Below, piece after piece: positions 1-12,013 of a stretch of DNA of 64,000 nt. Numbering within the stretch: the stretch's first letter is position 1; each line of letters opens with the position of its first letter. The stretch covers positions 1 through 64,000 of the forward strand of contig JALGPX010000063.1 in assembly GCA_023515795.1 (NCBI GenBank), read 5' to 3'. The stretch is from Amoeboaphelidium occidentale. Taxonomy: Eukaryota. A program made the position numbers and the translations under genes. The notes below the pieces were generated by a model that searched no databases, was not told the DNA's origin, and saw only the letters and a program-made list of their open reading frames with translations.

Positions 1-779
1 ATATCAGAAGTTGCAGTAATGATGTTATCACTTGATTCTTGAAACCCATTTAAACTTCAAATTTCAGATTCATTGCGATCATTTGTATGATCTCCGGCAG
101 TAGGTTCAAAAGGCACATCATTGCCAAAAAAAGTTGTGTCTGCAAGCTTCAAAATGATGACATACCTAAAAAATCTATTCAAATCCAATTTTCTACCTCA
201 ACTAGAGAGAATTCTCTTCAAAGCCATGGGGACTTGTCTGTTTGAANGTTGAATGAATTGGTGAGAAGACTTGAGGAAAAAGCCAAAAGAATTCTATTTT
301 CCAGAGAGGAGGATAATGATGAATAAATTGCAATTTCAACTCGTGAATGCACTCTTTGTACCTTTAAACTTCATAAGCGCCTTAAAGTAGAAAAATACGG
401 TATACGTGTAGTTATTCCTGAGAAGACGTTCCATGACACTTTTTCAGTTGATAATTTTGTGGCGATTACGGTAAAGTATCTGGACGGTGTCATTAAAATA
501 CTATATGTTGAAGAAGACGCCATAGAACGAAATATCAGAAGTTGCAGTAATGATGTTATCACTTGATTCTTGAAACCCATTTAAACTTCAAATTTCAGAT
601 TCATTGCAATCATTTGTATGATCTCCGGCAGTAGGTTCAAAAGGCACATCATTGCCAAAAAAAAGTTGTGTCTGCAAGCTTCAAAATGATGACATACCTA
701 AAAAATCTATTCAAATCCAATTTTCTACCTCAACTAGAGAGAATTCTCTTCAAAGCCATGGGGACTTGTCTGTTTGAAC
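1..779. repeat. Near-identical duplication (1-247 vs 532-779) ending at a single N; probable haplotype/assembly overlap
   Basis: The same ~247 nt occurs twice with only a couple of differences; N at 248. Confidence 0.8.
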
Positions 780-3700
780 TTCATAAGTGAGACACCCAAA
801 TGAATATACATCAAACATCTTGCAGTTTATCTTGCTATAATTCTTAGCTATAAAACTCGTGAAAGCTTCTGGAGAGGCATAGTGCACTGAAAGCCCTCTC
901 AGGCTCATTATGTGAAAACTCTTCGCGGCAATGATAGATTCCGAAAGAACTTGAGTAATGCCAAAGTATGTGATAAAGCAGGTTGGAATCCCATTAGAAA
1001 CTTGAACTAAAACGTTCTGAGGTTTCAAATCTCAATGTGCCAATTAATGTGAATGCATCACGTTCAGTCCTTGTGATATTTCCTTTAAGACTTTCAAAGA
1101 GATTGTTCTTGGACATTTTCTGCTCCTTAGCCACTCGCTTAAAGAACCATCAGGATAATATTCCAGTATAATCGAACAAGGTTTCTCGGTATAGGCGAGT
1201 ATACGACAAAAGTTTGGAAATGGTAACAGCATGATCATGATACCAGCTTCTTTATAAAATGCTTCTCTTCCTGCCTCATTCTTGATGAAGACGGTCTTCT
1301 GGATAACCGTTTTCGCAATCTTATTTTGTAAAGCTGGGTCCATAACGTTAGCAAGGTATAATTCTCCGCCTCCACCAACTGCAATCTTCTTGGTTAACGC
1401 AAGTGCAGATGTTTCAATCAAATAGGCAGCATGTTTTGAAATACCAACAACAGTATTAATCACTGTTTCTAAATCGGTAGTTAAATAAGAAACTTCTTGA
1501 GCATGTGGCAAGATTCTTTCATTCTGTTTCATAATGGCTTTTGAAGAACGGTAAAAGAAAGCAATGACCGCCACCGCAACAAGTAACACTATAGCAATGA
1601 TGCCACCGAATAAAAGTGAAGTTCCTAACATTTCTGAGCTTGCAATTATTAATTTCGATACTACCTTGGTTCTAACTCCTCGTCTTGTGGTTGTTGCAGT
1701 TCATATTGAACTCTTAGTCTCAATATTTAACGGAAGGCTAGGAGAATACATCAAGACTGAAAACTCTTCACTGCCAGCAAAAACAGATCCATTGTAGCAA
1801 ACAACAGATGTAACAGGTTTTGTGAGGCCAAAGTACGCATCCTCGTGGCGGCCTGTCTGCGTGTTCCATCGCCGGATTGTTAAATCGGATCCGGCTGAAA
1901 ACAATGTACCTTCACACACAGATAGGGAATTCACGGGACCCAAATGTCCAGTGCAGTTGCAGAGTATCTTTTGAAGACGAAGATTGCTCTTCTCTGTTCA
2001 AGAGACCATTTGATAATGCTTTTGTCGTTTGATGCAGAGTACAGAATCGACCCTGCAACCAGAAGAGAATTAACCTGAGAAGTGTTATCTTCCAAAGCAA
2101 AGAGATTCTGAAACGACGTTGCACTATAGGCAAAGATTAACCCAGCTCTTGAACCAGCAAAAACAATATCATCACTAGCAGCGATGCTATCAAGTGGCAA
2201 AGAAAAATGAATACTTCTTGATAAAGCGGTAGAGTTCAGTCGGGTATAATAACGATCTCATTCTCATTTTTAACTGTAAATAAATGGAAAATACTTAGAG
2301 CCATGCTTGTTATAGGGAGAGACCCAGCATCGAATATAACAACTGAGCTCGACGAGACGAACGAATTGAACCCATAAACCATCCCATCCAGTCCAGTAGA
2401 GTATAAAACTCCATCAAAATGGGCTATGGATGTCACAGTACTCATATGGCTGCTTACAGACTTGATTAAATAGCCATTATTTATGCCGAATAAGTTTGTC
2501 AAACCTTGTCTTGTTCCAACAAATAGAGTGCCACTCGCTGCTGCCAACGCCGTAACAGAACCATTACGGTTCTCGTACGAAAATGAAACTTTCCTAGATA
2601 AAATGTTCCACTTTTTGACTGAACCATCCAGACTAGATGAAAAGAGAACATTTGAGTCATCTAAGCAAAGCGACATGACAGCGTCTTGATGACCTTGAAA
2701 GGTATCCAAAACACTGAGACTTATCAAATCCCTTCCTCTTATCATTCCGTCATGATTCCTGAATAAACACGAGAAGCAGTTGCCACTATTGCAATGCAAA
2801 TAAGAGTTTCTAGAAAGGTAAAAAAATCAATACATAACAATAAAACCTGTTTGTCTTGCCAACTCTTCACCCGTTGAGAGTGATACAATGCGCATACTTT
2901 CACTTCCCAAAACTATAACATCGTTGTATATGTAGAGGGCTATTATACTCGTGGGATCTAAAAGGTTAAGTTCGGAGTTACACTTACAGCCATACAAATC
3001 TATCAGTTTTGCTTTTTCTTTATCCTAAACTCTCATGGTAGAATCTATAGAGCCAGAATAAAGCACATTTTCTTTGGTTTGAATTGTGCGCACTGATCCG
3101 GCATGTCCAATGTATTCTTTGTCGAAAGATCCTGTTGTAATGTTCCATCTTTTCATGGTACAATCGGAAGAGCCAGAGTACATAAATTTTTCATCAAGAG
3201 CCAACGCAACAACAGATCTTGAATGGCCTACAAAGTAAGGATGCAGTATTTCAATTCGGATACCGTAGTAAATGTTCAGGTCAGTGAAATTTATCAAACA
3301 TCGGCGCCTTATTGCGGAGTCAGAGCTTCCTGTAAAGAGATTATCATCAAGGACAATCATACAGTTAACATCACCGGAATGTTAAGAAATGACTTCCAAG
3401 GGAAAAATGGCATTTTGTGATTTGTCTTGGGCCCATAATGCTTGGTTATCACCACCAGCAATGACAAGGTTTTTCCAAACAACAACCGATCTTAGACTGC
3501 TTTTGCGACCAGAATATGTAAACAACTTTGAAGAAGTGTTTACATCCCATTTTATCACAGTGGCATCAATAGATCCTGAGTATAGACTTCCTTTCTCGAA
3601 AGCGAAGCACCAAATTCTGTTGCTGTGAAAACTTGGGAATACATTTTCAATCATTCCGGAGTCAATATTCCATTTAAGTATGCTATCCTGAAGACCAGCA

Positions 3701-4489
3701 GAATAAAGGTAATTTTCGAAAATAGAAATAATATGCACTGCAGCCGTGTGGCCTTCATAAACACGGATTTTTTGCCCATTAGCTTCATTCCAACAGATTA
3801 TTTTGCTATCAGCTGAGCCAGAAAATAGCATTCTTTCCCAAAGTATTACAGCATTGACAGAATTTGTGTGTCCCATATAGCTCAATTGCAAAGTTTCGGT
3901 AAAAATAGAATACTTTTCCAACTGAGAGACAATCCCTAGTTTTCCAACGTAAAAGTTATCACCATTGACTATAATTGCGTACGCAGCAGCTTTTACATCT
4001 AAATATCAATAAGCAAACTTCTTTGGAGTTACCGACTGTTTGATCAACCCTACCAGATATCATGTCGACAATCCTCACGATGCCATCAGAACGGCATACA
4101 AACAGATTATTGTCAGATAACTGGATGCTCTTCGGAAAAGTATTTGTGGCTTGAAGCCAGATTCTCCTCAGTATTGAGCCACAGATCAAGTCCCAGACTA
4201 TGACCATGTCGTCCCCTCCTGAAGTTATCATTGTAGACCTGTTAAAAACCAATATAGTTTCAACCTTGCCTAAATGTGCAATAAATCTTCTCTGAAAACT
4301 CCCTGTTTCAATGTCGACTTGGACCACATCGTTTGAAGATGTTATCAGCAGTGATCGATTGTACAGTGCTATGTCTACGACAGCAGTTGCTGTTCGGTCA
4401 AACATAAAGCTCTTCTCATGCCGAAGTGTTGAAACCAGTAATTTTAAGGTTATTACTATCAGTGAGGATACCAACATTCTGTTGATCAT
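750..4489 (-). pseudogene. Pseudogenised receptor-like kinase: signal peptide, multi-WD40 ectodomain, single TM, TKL-like kinase
   Basis: Signal-like MINRMLVSSLIVITL; many GH...W[DN] WD40 repeats; TM LLFGGIIAIVLLVAVAVIAFF; kinase motifs GGGGE, H*DLKPQN, DVYSFG. In-frame stops at ~3382, 3025, 1701, 1044 and 1032; frameshifts near 2200-2240 and ~1950; 34-nt intron 3999-4032. Confidence 0.8.
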
Positions 4490-4594
4490 GTAAGAATGTG
4501 TTTGACAAGAAAACCATGGTCGCAGGAGACTAACTGAAACTAACCAAACTGGGTTAAAAGCGAGAATCTTCACATACTCACATCTTGTTTTTAT

Positions 4595-6956
4595 TCATTC
4601 GAGTAACTGAATTCTGTTTGAAAAACCCTTCCCGTAGTAAGCTTCGTGTTCTGATTTTGAAATGACAAAGCAATTTTCTGGAGGCTTTTCTTCATCAAAG
4701 TTTCCTTCATAGCATCTCATGATCATAAATACCAACTTGGTTGCTTGCATATTTTTTTCAAAGGTCTCAAGGGCCCTTTTATATTCCTCGTCAATGATTT
4801 CATTTGTGATGACCTGCGGGTTTTCGAATCCCTTTTGAGTGACTCGGTATGAAGGGCTACTAAAATCTTCTTGCTGTCTGTCGTTTCAAGTGACAGATAC
4901 TTTTCGGATTGAAATCGGCCGCGCTTAAGAATTTTTCAGGAATAATGATACCCTTTAGAATATTCTTCGACCTGAGGAAGTTTGACTTCAATGTCCCAAT
5001 CTTTCGGAACGGAAGTTTTGGCACCCTTAAACAAATATCTCAGAAGATCCGTATCATAACCAAGACATTTATACAACGACAAACGTAACAGCACATAGTT
5101 TGTGTTGAACAGTTTCCAATTTTTCCACCAATAATCTTCATCGAACAGCAGATCACTCCAAACTCTCTAAAATCGTGATACAATTTGAGCTTCTAATATG
5201 CAACGCAAGAAGAAATAGGGAATGACCACCTTATCATCCGCTTTTTTTAGAGTTCCCGTTTTTTCGATTTTTGAGAATTCCAACCTGTGCTCATTATAGA
5301 TTACCCATTCTTCGATAGAAATATCAAGCAAAGTAGTCGCAATCAGAGGCGCTAGATGAAATTCGTTTGGTCGATACCTGTGATGTAAATCTCTAGAAAC
5401 TTTCTTCTGAACATCATCAAAATAAGAAGGGATGTCACGGTTGGATTCTTTCAACGCACCATACAAAAGTTCTAGAGCACGAGGATGACCACCAGTATCA
5501 GAAATCAACATTCGCATTTCAGGATTATTCTCAATCATTTCAGCAATATGGGCATACTTGGATGAAAGTATCTTCACCGAAGATTCAAGAGACAGATACG
5601 GCAAGGGAACAACCAAATAAGGATGATCAATTACCTCAAAAGAATCGTTCAACGGCCTTATAACTCTGCCCGCAACAATTGGTACAAACAAACACAGTGA
5701 TGCACGGCTTAAAGAGCATACACACTCAATCAGCTCGTCTAATAGCTCCGGGTGGCTATGATACATCCTGCTAACTGAGTCGATCCCCAAAACCACAAAT
5801 TTAGTATGTTTGCTAAGTTCATGCAGAAGTAACGACAAAGATATATAGTAATCTTTCTTGTCACGAAAAAATGAACGAAAAAATGATATTCATCTTGAAA
5901 CTGAAACATCATGCGAAGCGCTGCTAATCTCTCCGTATGTTTGCCCTCATCTTCGGATAATACTATACAATCATCAGTGAAGGTGATGTTAATAAATATG
6001 GCATCATCCACAACTTATTTAAATTTTTCATCATAATCACCTTTCGATACGTGATTCTTGAATCCTGACAATAGCTCCTGAAAAAATCTTGATGATACAA
6101 AGCCTAGACCAGCCGCTACCAACGGCACCTTATGGAGACTCTTGTCTGTTTTGCCCTGACTCCAAGCATGAAACCGTTCTTGTGTTTATTTAGCTAAAAT
6201 CTCAATAGATTGCTCCCTGTCAGAAAATACAAAATCATGGTCTTCTGTTCCAACCATTACCCTNNNNNNNNNNNNNNNNNNNNNTTATGGAGACTCTTGT
6301 CTGTTTTGCCCTGACTCCAAGCATGAAACCGTTCTTGTGTTGATTTAGCTAAAATCTCAATAGATTGCTCCCTGTCAGAAAATACAAAATCATGGTCTTC
6401 TGTTCCAACCATTACCCTCGCAAGTTTCTGTTTCATTTTAATAGCCTTCTTCCCAAACTTTTCATCAAAAGAAAACCTCTTGTTCTTGTCCATCTTTATC
6501 CTATCTAATAAATTAAAGTTAATTCGTTGAGATAAATGCTTTAGGGATACATTTTGAAGGAATGCGATTTGCGCGCAAAGGATACTCTGGATTTAATCCG
6601 TACCAGTGTTTTGTTTTCTGGTTGTAAAAAGCCCGCGAGAGTATTTCGTGAGGACTTGGATCATTTCTCCATCCGGGCTAGTAAAGCTTTAAGTCCCTAC
6701 GACGTATGTTCAACTTGAACTGGTCAAATATTGCTTGTTTAAAATCTTTGACGTAATAGCAATTATCTGAAGAAACTCTTTTCACAGGCAAATTATCACA
6801 TTTAACCCAAAATCCATTTGGGATATCACTAATAGCCGTATAAGTATTTTTAAACAGCCGATCAAATAGATTATTGGAAGGAGCTCCATAAGGAACTACA
6901 ACAGTAAAAGTATTAGATCGTTCTTTTTTATTCTTGCTCAATGGATGCTTTGACAT
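4595..6956 (-). pseudogene. Crinkler (CRN)-like effector pseudogene: Ubl-like header, P-loop NTPase and REase-like C-terminus
   Basis: Header FWVKCD...VKDFKQAI...LKLY; degenerate Walker A region KVPLVAAGLGFVSSRFF; DTGGHPRALELL; WWKNWKLFN; C-terminal YYGKGFSNR. Several stops and frameshifts plus an N gap. Confidence 0.65.
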
Positions 6957-7302
6957 TCTTAATTCTAGAAGAAGGTTCATGCAGAAAAAATAGTGGAACA
7001 GATGAGTCATAATAGGCGCATTGCGGATCATTATCCAGCTCGCGGATCATGATCTCAAGGCAATGGTCATCTAGATAAAAATGTTGAGAGGATGTTGCTT
7101 CAGAGAACACGGTGTATTCAGTACGATCTTTGTTAATCAATAGACATGAAACTCATTTAATAGCGCTGATCATTCCATCAATCAGCTGTAAGAAACGCAA
7201 CACAGTGTTGATCAATGCGATGTGAGACTCTGGCGAAATCATTGGGCGGATTTCTTTGTTGGGAATCATCCAATCATTGAATGCCACACGGTTTTCTTCA
7301 AT

Positions 7303-8499
7303 ATGACCTCGAGCGTGCAAACGGATATCGATTCAACAGCTTCGCCACAGACCCTGTCTGTAGTCACTATCGTGTATCATCCGAAAGATGATTTGGCTAA
7401 TGCGAAAGAAGAAGAGTTTGATTTGGTTTTCGGTGACAAGATATCTGTTAGTGCTTTGGAGAGAGTTTTCAAGTTGAGATTTGTGGAGGAATGCGATATT
7501 GAAGGAAGGAATGAGATCGGCATTCCATTTGACGCATCCACTGGTGATAGTAGAAATTCTTTACAATTGGCTGAAGATGGCAAATTTCACATTACTGGTG
7601 AACCACAAATTGATGTTAGTCAGCACCAGCCGCAAAGTAAGTTTCATTGATCTTGCACTAATTTCTGTGCTGAATTGGTAGATCCTGATAATATTACTCT
7701 TATGATGAGCAAGATGATGTCAATGTATGAAACATTGTTAAAGATTCAGCACAGAAATCAAGTTGAGTATATTCGTAATGCGTTCCCTTTACTTGAATCT
7801 TCGACGCAAAAAGAATCCGCGAGGGGAAAGATCAACTTGGTATCATACTATAATTACAATCCTGGCAATCCGTCTAAGCTCCCTTCCAGATTAAAATGCA
7901 TGATTTCTGGTTGTTACTTCAGCGCTAAATATGTGACGATGGCTCACATATTCCAGAAACTTTGGGCAAGCAGAATCGATATGGTTGGCTTGGATGATGT
8001 GAATCATGTTCGCAACTTGTTGCTTCTGTTTCGACCTATTGAAGTTCACTTTGACCGTGGTGATTTGATCTTTATGTGGGACGAACAAACCAAACAACAT
8101 ACCTGCCGTATATTGAATCCTAGGATTAAAACTTTATCGATTGACGACGAAGGTAATCTCTATGAGCGACGTGTGGAGTACTAATATTTTATAGCTGATA
8201 ATCTCTGTGGACCAGCTGTTGCTGATAAAACGGGGATGACATTTGGTGATTTGGAAGGAAAAGTCCTGGATACTAATAACTCAAATCATATGCCATACAA
8301 GCGTTGTTTGGCTTTTCATGCTCAGATTGCAACAACTGCTGCTGCTAGTAAAAAATGGGTAAATCTGGACGATTATCCTATAAGCCCTTCTGCATGGAGT
8401 GATCTTGAAGATGAGAAGAAGGAAATTATTTTAAACTGGCTGGGTAACGGAGGGTTTGAAGGTTTAGGTGAAGTCGATGATTTAAATGAGAGTTTTTGA
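7303..8499 (+). CDS. HNH endonuclease (HNH_2-like), Crinkler-type effector; 3 exons
   Basis: CMISG...AHIF...VNHVRNLLLL...IEVHFDRG and PYKRCLAFHA motifs; introns 7637-7681 and 8153-8194 restore one open frame. Confidence 0.75.
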
Positions 8500-8840
8500 A
8501 GTTACAATATGGTCATGTTAAGATAAAATTGAAGCCGAAGAATATATGCTAACATGATAATACGAGCGAAATCATTGCTTTTTATTTTAAATTCTTCCAA
8601 TAATAAAGTATCCTTCTATATACGAATAAACTAAATATATCATTCGCTTCAACAAACAGCCTCACGATAACTGGAGCAGTCCTTGCAGGTTTACAACCGC
8701 CTGGCTTATAATGTTAAATAGATCGCTATGTTTTTTACCCTTAGTCGTTGTTCAATATGTTATCAAAAGCGAGAATGTCTTCTAAATTCTTTATTTACAA
8801 GAAGCACAGTTTGGAATCCAGGGAAAGGACATGTAGTTCT

Positions 8841-9758
8841 TCATCGGTGTAATGGTGTTCCAAAATCTTCCTTGTAGGGAAGATGAATTGTTTCAGCGTA
8901 CGGGCTTGGGCGCTGGGCTCTTCGAGTACAGCAACAATGTAAGCAGTAATATATCATGTGTAAAACGCTGGGCATAATCAGAATTAATCCAATAATAATT
9001 GGCACAAGAGGTCCAAACGGTAACGCTGAATTAAATTTTGTACGAAGATAAGGATCATTTGAACTTCTGAATTCTAGTAATACTTTTCCATATTGTTGGC
9101 TGGAACCTCTAAATTTATAGGGTAAGTATGACCATTCTGCATAACAGCCCGCTTTCTTTAAATCACTATCTTTTAGCTTTGCTTTGCCATTTTCAATTTG
9201 AATGAGTATACACACTGCCTCTAATTCAAACGAAAGGACGCATTTCTCTAAACCATTCCAAAGCCCATTTTTCTGATTACATATTGTTTCACATTTTAAC
9301 CTGCAACTTGTACACTCAGGATCACATCCTAAACAAGACACGGTTAGAGTTTCAAGTTTGCGCAATGGAATATCCCCAACTTCGTCATACGTGTTCCAAT
9401 TGTAGGTAACCATAGTTTCCTTTCCTGCACTTATTTCAAGTTGAAACGATGAATTAAGTTCGTTCAACCTAATCACTTGTTCGTATCTTAACGGCTCGTA
9501 ATCATCAGGGTTTTCTGCTTCTGCGACTGTGGTCTCAATTTCCAACCTATTCACAGTAATTGGTCCTATTGCCCTGAATTCGTCTCTAAACTTTGTGTTC
9601 CAATCGTTTGTTATTGTAGCATACTGTTCCTCGCGCTGCAACACAACGATAGTGAGAGTTATCAATGCTAAACCCATAAAAAGGGTGCCAAGAGAGAACT
9701 TTTTGAACTTTGGGCTTATTAAGATATCTGCACGAGCGCAAACACCACAATTTACCAT
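8841..9758 (-). CDS. Uncharacterised protein with two TM helices flanking a Cys-rich loop
   Basis: 305-aa ORF; hydrophobic N- and C-terminal helices; Cys-rich middle; CLHCCC cluster after TM2. Confidence 0.6.
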   Translation of the reverse strand: MVNCGVCARADILISPKFKKFSLGTLFMGLALITLTIVVLQREEQYATITNDWNTKFRDEFRAIGPITVNRLEIETTVAEAENPDDYEPLRYEQVIRLNELNSSFQLEISAGKETMVTYNWNTYDEVGDIPLRKLETLTVSCLGCDPECTSCRLKCETICNQKNGLWNGLEKCVLSFELEAVCILIQIENGKAKLKDSDLKKAGCYAEWSYLPYKFRGSSQQYGKVLLEFRSSNDPYLRTKFNSALPFGPLVPIIIGLILIMPSVLHMIYYCLHCCCTRRAQRPSPYAETIHLPYKEDFGTPLHR

Positions 9759-9967
9759 TTGGAAATGGCGCGAAAGCTAAAAATATCAAACCTAGGATGA
9801 CTGAGTTTATACCTTGTGATTGTGTTAGAATTATCCTATATTATTCTAAATGTGCGTATTGTTCTTGTCTTCAATATCATACAAACAGGCGGTAATCTTA
9901 ATTTTGGATGCTATCTTCCCGAAGATAAGCACCCAATAAAGAACTGTTACTAAAGAATAATTTTTTA

Positions 9968-10084
9968 TTAGATTTTGAATAGCTGCTTTATCCAGCACTC
10001 ATCATGCTCAAAACGTATCTTTTTCTCTGCTGCTACACCTTCTGGCCACACAATATCAAGAGTATTTATCATTACAGGGTATCG
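9968..10084 (-). pseudogene. Detached C-terminal fragment of a CRN-type kinase
   Basis: Reads RYPVMINTLDIVWPEGVAAEKKIRFEHDECWIKQLFKI*, matching the YP..N..I.WP.GV..HD tail expected for the neighbouring kinase family. Confidence 0.55.
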
Positions 10085-10322
10085 TGGAGAAGAAGGATGG
10101 CTTCACGATTGATAATGAAGACATTGGCCGCGACATTGATCTATTGGCTGATCAAGTGAGACCGTTGCACGATAGCCCGTTGACAACCGTTGCTAAGATG
10201 TGTTTGATTGAGTCGATTGACGAGTGTAAGACAAGAGGTCCGTTACACTTATTGAGAAGCGATAGTTGATCTATTCTTGATTAATAAACTCCACTTTCCA
10301 GATACTACCGAACCGTACATCC

Positions 10323-11561
10323 TTAGAGACAAGGATATATCATTTTTGGGTATTCAGCAATATCATGCTTTCCAGCCCAGTCAAAATCAATAATACGTAA
10401 TCTTTTGTCGGCCTCTGTTATCAAAACATTGCAAGACCTCAAGTCTCCGTGAACGTAACCCATTTCGCGAGTTTGACTTAAAAATTCTCTTGCTTGCTGA
10501 TACAACGACTCATCTTCAAAATCGTAGTCTTCTATCGATCTCGCGAAGAAATATTCTGTAACAACTATCAAACGATTATTATCGAATTGCTGGCAATCTA
10601 ATAATCTGGCTGCGAATCCTTTCGAGTAACAAAACTTGTGCATTTCAACATTGTACGTGGAAGTAAACTTCAAAACAACAATTGTGCCTGACCTTGTTCC
10701 CTTTGCAGCATATACTTTCCGACTAAACGTTGCGGCGTACTCAAGTGGTTCCGTTTCGCCATCTTTGATCTTGAAATCCGTGACAAAAGGATATGCAGAA
10801 GCAACAGGCCGATAAATACTAGAGCTCATGCAGTGAAGATACAACTTGATAGATTTGACTAGTCTTGCTATTCTGAAAAATTCCTCCTCTTCTGGCTTCT
10901 TCAACAATGAAACACTTGAATTCACAAAAGGAGCAACAATGATATCTTTATCAGTATTCACGATGCCACTTACACTGAAATAACAGCCTTCCAAGTCCAA
11001 TAATAGACATAGATACTGCAAGTTTGCCATGTAGATATCTTCAAAGCTTTTCCAATAGCAAGCAATGTTCCGCATGTATGGGTCAGAAAATCCTTTTCCG
11101 CGCTCACCTTTTATGTCCAAACAGCAGTACAATGGAAGTTTTCCATGTCTTAAACTTCCTTTGGTTGGATAACCGCCATAAAGATCAGAACTTTCCAGAG
11201 GATGTCCGGAATACTCTTCAAATGCGCTTGTGAAATCTTTAAATCTTGCACGCTCCCCTGTATAATTACCTCCCATCAAATCACAAATATTCTTGACAAA
11301 TAGACAATCCTTCTGATCAATTTCAACAGAGTCAATGTTCTTGTTGAACTCAAGAATCTCTTTGCAAAGAATTGTTATAGGCGGTTTCCTGGGTTCCTCT
11401 TCACACCTTCCACAAGTAATGTTATCAAGGTGACCGCTTCTTGAAAGTTTAGACCAAGAATATTCTTGCCTTGTACCAGCAAAGTACGACGGATCTTGTA
11501 GTATTCTAGCCGAAATCGCAAAGATGTTCTCAGAGACTTCAGAGTTCGTGATATTCTTCAC
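10323..11561 (-). pseudogene. Degenerate Crinkler-like REase + kinase protein, truncated at both ends
   Basis: DIKGERGKGFSDPY (REase-like); VVLKF, HGDLRSCNV, IIDFDWAG, EYP. Normal C-terminus missing and no clean start. Confidence 0.6.
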
Positions 11562-12013
11562 AATCAGGGCCTCTCTGCATTTACCTCCTAACCATTCTCC
11601 CGTTTTCGTGTCAAAAAAGCTTATCTGAGTGAATGACCAGGCCTTACCGGAGTACCATTCCCGGTAATGTAAATTCTGATATATGCCCGGGAGACGTGTT
11701 GAAACAACATAATGATCAGAGCTTCTTTGAATTTATCAACATTGTGACAGTTCTTAGTCGGAACAGCTTTCTCAGACCAATTCTCGTACTTTGCCGATAA
11801 CTTTTCAGGTAAAGTTATGAACCTCCTATGTTTTCATGTTAAGCCTCTACTGGCACAGAACTTGAATGTTCACATAAGTCCAGATGCTCGTTGCTCCTCT
11901 TCCTGCTTTAAGACCAACGGATTTAAAGCTTTACAGTTGCTGAGTAATAATAAATTTCTTTCAAATACAACAACACGATTTATTTCCATCATTTAGAATC
12001 TTTCGTGTGAAAT

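Noticed and set aside
750..6956. Stop-codon reassignment (TAA/TAG=Gln or TGA readthrough) explaining in-frame stops
   Set aside because: Conserved genes are uninterrupted in the standard code and end in TAA or TGA; the broken genes also have frameshifts and all three stop types, so they are pseudogenes
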